A DNA stretch of 64,000 nucleotides from assembly GCA_023150875.1 (NCBI GenBank), contig JAKLKC010000004.1:15993-79992 (forward strand), in the 5' to 3' direction. Below are positions 59,332 through 64,000 of the stretch, in pieces. The stretch's first letter is position 1. Each line of letters starts with the position of its first letter. The DNA comes from Myxococcota bacterium (GTDB taxonomy: Bacteria > Myxococcota_A > UBA796 > UBA9615 > JAKLKC01). A program made the translations under genes and the position numbers. The notes beneath the pieces were generated by a model. The model was not told the origin of the DNA. It saw only the letters and a program-made list of their open reading frames with translations, and made no database searches.

Positions 59332-60340
59332 GGCGCCGCACCACACCGCGACCACCGTCCACCGCCACCCACTCGCCGTCGGACAGCCGGCGGGTCGCAT
59401 CCCCCGTGCGGACGACACAGGGGAGGCCGTACTCCCGGGCACGACGGCGGCGTGGGAGGCCGCGCTCCCGCCGTCGGTCACCACCGCGGCGGCGCGGTCG
59501 AAGGCGAGCGTCCACAGCGGGGTGGTCACGGGCGCCACGAGCACTTCGCCGGGCTGAACGCGATCCAGCTCCTCAGCTCGTAGCACGACGCGCGCCGGGC
59601 CCGTCGCGCAGCCGGCGGAAGCGGGCAGCCCGACCACCGCGTGGGGCGCGTCGCGGTCGGCGTGCTCGAAGAGCCCCATGAAGGCGTCCCACTGCGCCTT
59701 CACGAAGGGTGGGAACGTCCCGAACACGAGGGGCGGCGCGAGGTGTCGGCGCCGCTCCCAGAGGGCACGCCGCTCCCGGACCGGCTGGGGCTCCCGCGCC
59801 CCGGCGAGCGCCGCACGGAGTTCGGCGGGGTCCACGAAGTGGACGTCGTCGCCGCGGGGCAGGACCCCGGCCTCCACGAGCCCGTCGCCGAGGCGGAGGA
59901 GCGCCCGGCGCAGCACGGGCCAGGTTAGGGTGATGAGGCCCGCCTGCTCCTGGCGGACGCGGTGGGCGCGCCGCGCCTCGCGCACACAGGCCTCCAACCG
60001 CCCGCGCAGGCGGGGGGGGCAGCGCGGCGCGCGCGGACTCCAGCACGGCCTCACCCTCGGCGTCGAGTGCCGCGAGGCGCGCGGGCGACGGGGGCGGCAC
60101 GGTCAGACCACGCTCCCCCAGGGTGGGGAACACGGGATCGAGGCCCTCGACGGCGTGGGGCCCGACCTCCGATGGCGCGCCGCGGTCGAGCGCATAGGGG
60201 GAGACGTCGAGCTTCGCGAGGTGCTTCCGCCAGAACGAGAGGAGGGCCATCTCCGCCTTCGCGGCGTAGCCGGCCACCCCGAGCACGCTCGCGAAGTGGA
60301 CCCCGGAGCCCCGGCGGTCCGGGCGAGGTTCGGACCTCCG
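59328..60340 (-). pseudogene. C-terminal fragment of a PEP-utilising enzyme (phospho-His mobile domain), frameshifted
   Basis: GLPASAG.ATGPARVV, GEVLVAPVTTPLW, TDGGSAASHAAVV/REYGLPCVV, VDGGRGVV; frame changes near 60015 and 59440. Confidence 0.8.
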
Positions 60341-60472
60341 CCGGACCGCCCGACCCTCCGGGGCGACGATCCCCGGGGCTCGCTGTGGCGGCGCACCGGC
60401 GCTACCTTAGGCGTCGAAGTGTCTCCGCGCGCCCATCCATGCGCTTGCCCCAGCCCGACCGGCTCCCTCGCC

Positions 60473-61030
60473 GTGGGGCGCCCCGGCGCGTCGCCCTGGC
60501 GGGGACGCCGGCGGTCCGCGGCCTGGACTTCGGCCGCGCTCGCCGGGTCCCTGGGCGTCCTCGCCCTGATCGGGCCCACCGCGGCGGCTGCCGAGCCCCC
60601 CATCTCCGTGCCCCCGCGGGAGGCGAGGGCCCTCGACGGGAGCTGGCGCCGCCTGCCCGGAGACCTGGCGCCGGGACGGACCGCGCTGGTCATCTCGTTC
60701 CGCCGGGAGGACCTTGCCGCCACCGTCGCCTGGCGCGGGGCCCTCGACGCCTTTCCCAGCGTGCAGGTGCCCGTGTTCCCGTCGTCCATCCGCCTCTTGC
60801 GGCCCCTCATCGAGGGCGGGCTGCGGGACCGGCACCCGGTCACGACCCACGGCCGGATCTGGCCCGTCTGGGGCGATCCCAAGGGATTCCGCGCGGCGCT
60901 CGGCCTCGGGGACGACGAGGGGATCGCCGTCGTGATCACCGAACCCGACGGGTCGGTTCGGGGCATCGTCCGCGGCGAGCCCTCCCCGGAGGCCGTCGAG
61001 GCCGTCCGCGGCCTGCTCTCCGCCCTTTGA
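60473..61030 (+). CDS. Exported thioredoxin-fold (ATP10-like) hypothetical protein
   Basis: Signal peptide; ARALDG...LPGDL..TALVISF.R, IEGGLR, FRAALGL; start position uncertain. Confidence 0.6.
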   Translation: MGRPGASPWRGRRRSAAWTSAALAGSLGVLALIGPTAAAAEPPISVPPREARALDGSWRRLPGDLAPGRTALVISFRREDLAATVAWRGALDAFPSVQVPVFPSSIRLLRPLIEGGLRDRHPVTTHGRIWPVWGDPKGFRAALGLGDDEGIAVVITEPDGSVRGIVRGEPSPEAVEAVRGLLSAL

Positions 61031-61054
61031 TCCCCCTCCCCCCGGAGCCCATCG

Positions 61055-62053
61055 ATGCTGGGAGAGTGCCACTACGCCGTCGAGACCTCGGACCTGCTGG
61101 GCCGCGAGCCCCGCAGGGTGGTCGTGGCGGGTCACGAGATCGTCCTCTTCCGGGACGCCGGCGGCCAGGCCCATGCGCTGGACGCCCGCTGCCCCCACCG
61201 CTTCGCCGACCTCTCGGGGGGCGAGACGCGGGGGGACTGCGTCGCCTGCCCCTACCACGGCTGGGAGTTCGACGGCGGCGGCGCGTGCACGCGGATCCCG
61301 GCAAATCCCCCCGACCAGCGGGTCCCCAAGAAGGCCCGCGTCCGGTCCTGGCCCACCGTGGAGCGCTACGGCCTGGTCTGGATCTACCTGGGGGTCCGGG
61401 AAGACCCACCGCCCCTCCCGCCCTTCCCCGAGTTCGGCCAGCCCGGCTGGCGCGCCATCTCCGGGGAGTTCACCTGGAAGGCCCACTACGCCCGGGTCGT
61501 CGAGAACGGGCTCGACTTCGCCCACGGCCCCTTCGTCCACGCCACGAGCTTCGGGAGGAAGGACCGGCCGGAGGTGGGACCCTACGAGGTGGAGGAGCTC
61601 GAGGGCGGGGGCCGGGGCGAGCTGGACCTGCCGGCCTCCCGGCCCCGGGGGCTCTGGGGCCTGTTCCAGCGGGGCGAGCGCCCCCCCGTCCACGTGACCC
61701 TCGAGTTCTGGATGCCGTCCATCAACCGCATCGACCTCCGGTTGGGCAACGGGTGGCGGATCGTCATCTTCGACTGCAACGTGCCCGTGGACGGATCCCA
61801 CACCCGCACGGTGTGGGTGAGCCTCCGGAACTTCTTCCCCGGCGCCTGGGCGGACGGCAACGCCCGCAAGCGGGTGATGGAGGTCTTCCGCGAGGACCGC
61901 CCCATCGTCGAGGCCCAGGCGGCCGGCCCCCCTCCGCCCGCGGCGGAGCAGGTGTCGGTGCGGTCTGACCGACTCCCGCTCCATTACCGCGAGATGCGCG
62001 AGGCGTGGCTGGCCTCAGGGCACGTCCCGCCGGAACGCGCGCCGGGCAGGTAG
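61055..62053 (+). CDS. Rieske non-heme iron oxygenase alpha subunit (VanA-like)
   Basis: CPH..CPYHGW Rieske ligands; ENGLDFAHGPFVH; FRED. Confidence 0.93.
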   Translation: MLGECHYAVETSDLLGREPRRVVVAGHEIVLFRDAGGQAHALDARCPHRFADLSGGETRGDCVACPYHGWEFDGGGACTRIPANPPDQRVPKKARVRSWPTVERYGLVWIYLGVREDPPPLPPFPEFGQPGWRAISGEFTWKAHYARVVENGLDFAHGPFVHATSFGRKDRPEVGPYEVEELEGGGRGELDLPASRPRGLWGLFQRGERPPVHVTLEFWMPSINRIDLRLGNGWRIVIFDCNVPVDGSHTRTVWVSLRNFFPGAWADGNARKRVMEVFREDRPIVEAQAAGPPPPAAEQVSVRSDRLPLHYREMREAWLASGHVPPERAPGR

Positions 62054-62170
62054 CGCCCGGTCGGAGGGAGGGCCTTGGGCCTGGCCGTCCAAGGCCCCCT
62101 CGACAGCTCCGACCCGCGGTCGCTATCCTGGGCCGGGTCCGGCGGCCCCGGGGCGCCGCCAGGAGGACCC

Positions 62171-63574
62171 ATGCGCCGTCCGGAGAGAGGCCCCCCCACG
62201 GGGTCCCGGGCCATCGCCGCCACGGCGGCCCAGCGTTCGTGGCGGCCGGTGCGGTTCGGCCTGGTGGCCAACGCGGCGGTGGGATCCGCGCTGGGGGCGG
62301 TGGCGCTCCTGCCCCTGAGGTGGGGGTGGGCGGGGATGGGCCCCGCCTGGGTGCAGGTCCACGCCTACGCCCAGGTCTTCGGGTTCGTGCTCCCGGTGGC
62401 GGTGGGGATGGGGTTCCGCCTGCTCCCCCCCGCGCCGTGGTTCCACCTTCCCCGGGTGGAGAACGCCTGCTTCGCGCTGCTCCTCTCGGGGGTGGTCGCC
62501 CGCTTCGGCGCCCAGGCGGCCCTCGCGGCGGGAGCGGAGTCCGGGTGGACGGCGGTCCTGGCTCGGTGCGGGGACGGGGCGGTGCTGGCGGGGGTGGCGC
62601 TGTTCGTCGCCGCGGCGTGGAAGGGGATCCAGCGGCGGCGCACCCTGACCCTGTCGGACCGCCTGGCCCAGGCGGCGCTCCTGTGGCTCGGGATCGCCGC
62701 GGCCCTGGAGCTGTGGGCCGGGTGGGCCCTCGGGCCCGGGGCGGCGACGGCTCCCCAGGACCGGATCGCGGCGGTCTACGCCGCCGTCCTGGACGGGTTC
62801 GCTCCCTGCCTGATCCTGACGGTGATGGGGCGGATGGCGGCGGCGACGGTGGGGCGGCCCCTGCCCGTGGGTTGGCCGGCCGTCGCGGTGGCGGCGGGGC
62901 TCCAGGCGGGGGCGGCGGCCAGCGTGGCGGGGGCGGCCCTGGGGGAGCCCGGGCTGGGGGCGGCGGGGGCGGCGGCGGTCTCGGCGGCCCTGCTGGTCCC
63001 CGCCGTGGCGCTGGCCTCGGGAGGGGTCCGCTCTCCCGTCAAGGACGAGGGGGTCCGCCGGACCGTCACCGTCGCCTTCGCCTGGCTCGGCGTGGCCTCG
63101 GCCCTGCGACTCGGGGGGGCGGGCGCCGCCCTGGCGAGGGTGGACGCCCCACCCCTGCTGGGCGACGCCGCCCGCCACACCTTCACCATCGGCTTCCTCA
63201 CCGTCCTCATCCTGGGGATGCTCCAGAAGCTGGCGCCCGCCTTCGAGACCCGGGACCTGGCCCTGCCCGGCTGGGTGGCGCCGGGGCGGCGCCTGCTGTC
63301 GCTGGCGGTGGCCCTGCGCCTCCTGGAGCTCCTGCCCTTCTCCTGGGCCCGCACCCTGGCGGGCGTCTCGGGAGGGGTGGCGTGGGCGGGGGTGCTGGTG
63401 GGGGTGGTGCCGCCCCTGGCCACGCTCCGGGCCCCCAAGGGGCGCCGGGCGGTGCTCCCCCCGGCCGAATGGCGGCGGGAGGCCTTCGAGCACCGCATGG
63501 AGCACGAGCGGGAGCGGCGGCGGGGACGCGGAACGCGGGAGGCGGAGCGGGGTCCGGTGGGAAACGGGGAGTGA
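62171..63574 (+). CDS. NnrS-like polytopic membrane protein
   Basis: About 12 TMs; VHAYAQVFGFV and DAARHTFTIGF..ILGM His motifs; AGGAGG upstream of the ATG. Confidence 0.65.
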   Translation: MRRPERGPPTGSRAIAATAAQRSWRPVRFGLVANAAVGSALGAVALLPLRWGWAGMGPAWVQVHAYAQVFGFVLPVAVGMGFRLLPPAPWFHLPRVENACFALLLSGVVARFGAQAALAAGAESGWTAVLARCGDGAVLAGVALFVAAAWKGIQRRRTLTLSDRLAQAALLWLGIAAALELWAGWALGPGAATAPQDRIAAVYAAVLDGFAPCLILTVMGRMAAATVGRPLPVGWPAVAVAAGLQAGAAASVAGAALGEPGLGAAGAAAVSAALLVPAVALASGGVRSPVKDEGVRRTVTVAFAWLGVASALRLGGAGAALARVDAPPLLGDAARHTFTIGFLTVLILGMLQKLAPAFETRDLALPGWVAPGRRLLSLAVALRLLELLPFSWARTLAGVSGGVAWAGVLVGVVPPLATLRAPKGRRAVLPPAEWRREAFEHRMEHERERRRGRGTREAERGPVGNGE

Positions 63575-63620
63575 CGGCCTCCAGGGAGGGCGGCCTTGAG
63601 GGCCGACCCTCCGCCGGGGT

Positions 63621-63983
63621 CTACGCCTCGATGGCGGGGGAGGGACCGAAGATCTCCCTCTCGACGGCGGCCACCTTCTCGCCCTGGGAAGTCTCGGCCA
63701 CCATGAAGTCCCGGGGCTGGTGGCCCTCCCGGGTGGCGGCGCAGTAGGCGTTGAACAGGCGGTTGATCATCGCCAGCGTGTCGTCCTTGGGCAGAAGCAG
63801 GTCAAAGCCCGCCCGGTCCGCCAGGTGGGCCGCCTTTCGGAGCACCGAGCCGCCGAAGTCGAAGGCGTCCACGCCGATCTCGGCGAACTCCTCCTCGAGG
63901 AAGATCACCAGGGGCAGGGCGGGGAGCACCAGCAGGAGGCGCTCCAGCCGGGCCCGGAGGTTGCGCTTCTCGCGCTCGCTCAT
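63621..63983 (-). CDS. Hypothetical protein (120 aa)
   Basis: Open frame with genome-typical GC3 codon bias; no motif recognised. Confidence 0.65.
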   Translation of the reverse strand: MSEREKRNLRARLERLLLVLPALPLVIFLEEEFAEIGVDAFDFGGSVLRKAAHLADRAGFDLLLPKDDTLAMINRLFNAYCAATREGHQPRDFMVAETSQGEKVAAVEREIFGPSPAIEA

Positions 63984-64000
63984 GGGGAACTCGCGGAAGT

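Noticed and set aside
56330..60420. Inverted repeats marking an invertible segment
   Set aside because: The best match seen is 9 bp (CCGGTGCGC), which is expected by chance at this GC content; no recombinase gene is nearby.
53270..61050. attR duplicate of the tRNA-Pro(CGG) 3' end closing the island
   Set aside because: No convincing copy of CTCGCCCCGACCA was found downstream by eye, so the right boundary is undefined.

Overview
Very GC-rich bacterial chromosomal segment, most consistent with Myxococcota/deltaproteobacteria (MYXO-CTERM-like motif, PEGA-FGE protein, many lipoproteins with Asp-rich tethers); the taxon is inferred, not searched. Housekeeping content: phoB-phoR-pstSCAB-phoU with a clear Pho box, pntAB, mgtE, an XPD/Rad3 nuclease-helicase, def-fmt-rpe and five tRNAs. 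Accessory content: an alpha-glucan degradation locus, GT-C/O-antigen-ligase-like glycosylation genes, a run of exported lipoproteins, a direct-repeat-bounded Schlafen/AlbA_2 cassette at tRNA-Lys followed by a decayed second copy, an orphan AbiEi-like antitoxin, and an island after tRNA-Pro(CGG) (solo AAA ATPase, double-HTH TetR, split and inverted PEP-utilising enzyme, PDZ-MORN protein). Strongest candidates for something new: (1) a 1580-aa apparent polyprotein in which a GH15-like enzyme ends in an internal MYXO-CTERM-type anchor that runs directly into a lipoprotein signal for a CBM48-GH13 amylase; (2) an mgtE leader with a Pro-rich uORF abutting two mutually exclusive hairpins, one of which buries the Shine-Dalgarno; (3) a family of DDD[S/T]x-repeat lipoprotein tethers. 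All calls come from reading motifs by eye; no database search or folding program was run. No rRNA, CRISPR array, integrase or transposase was seen.
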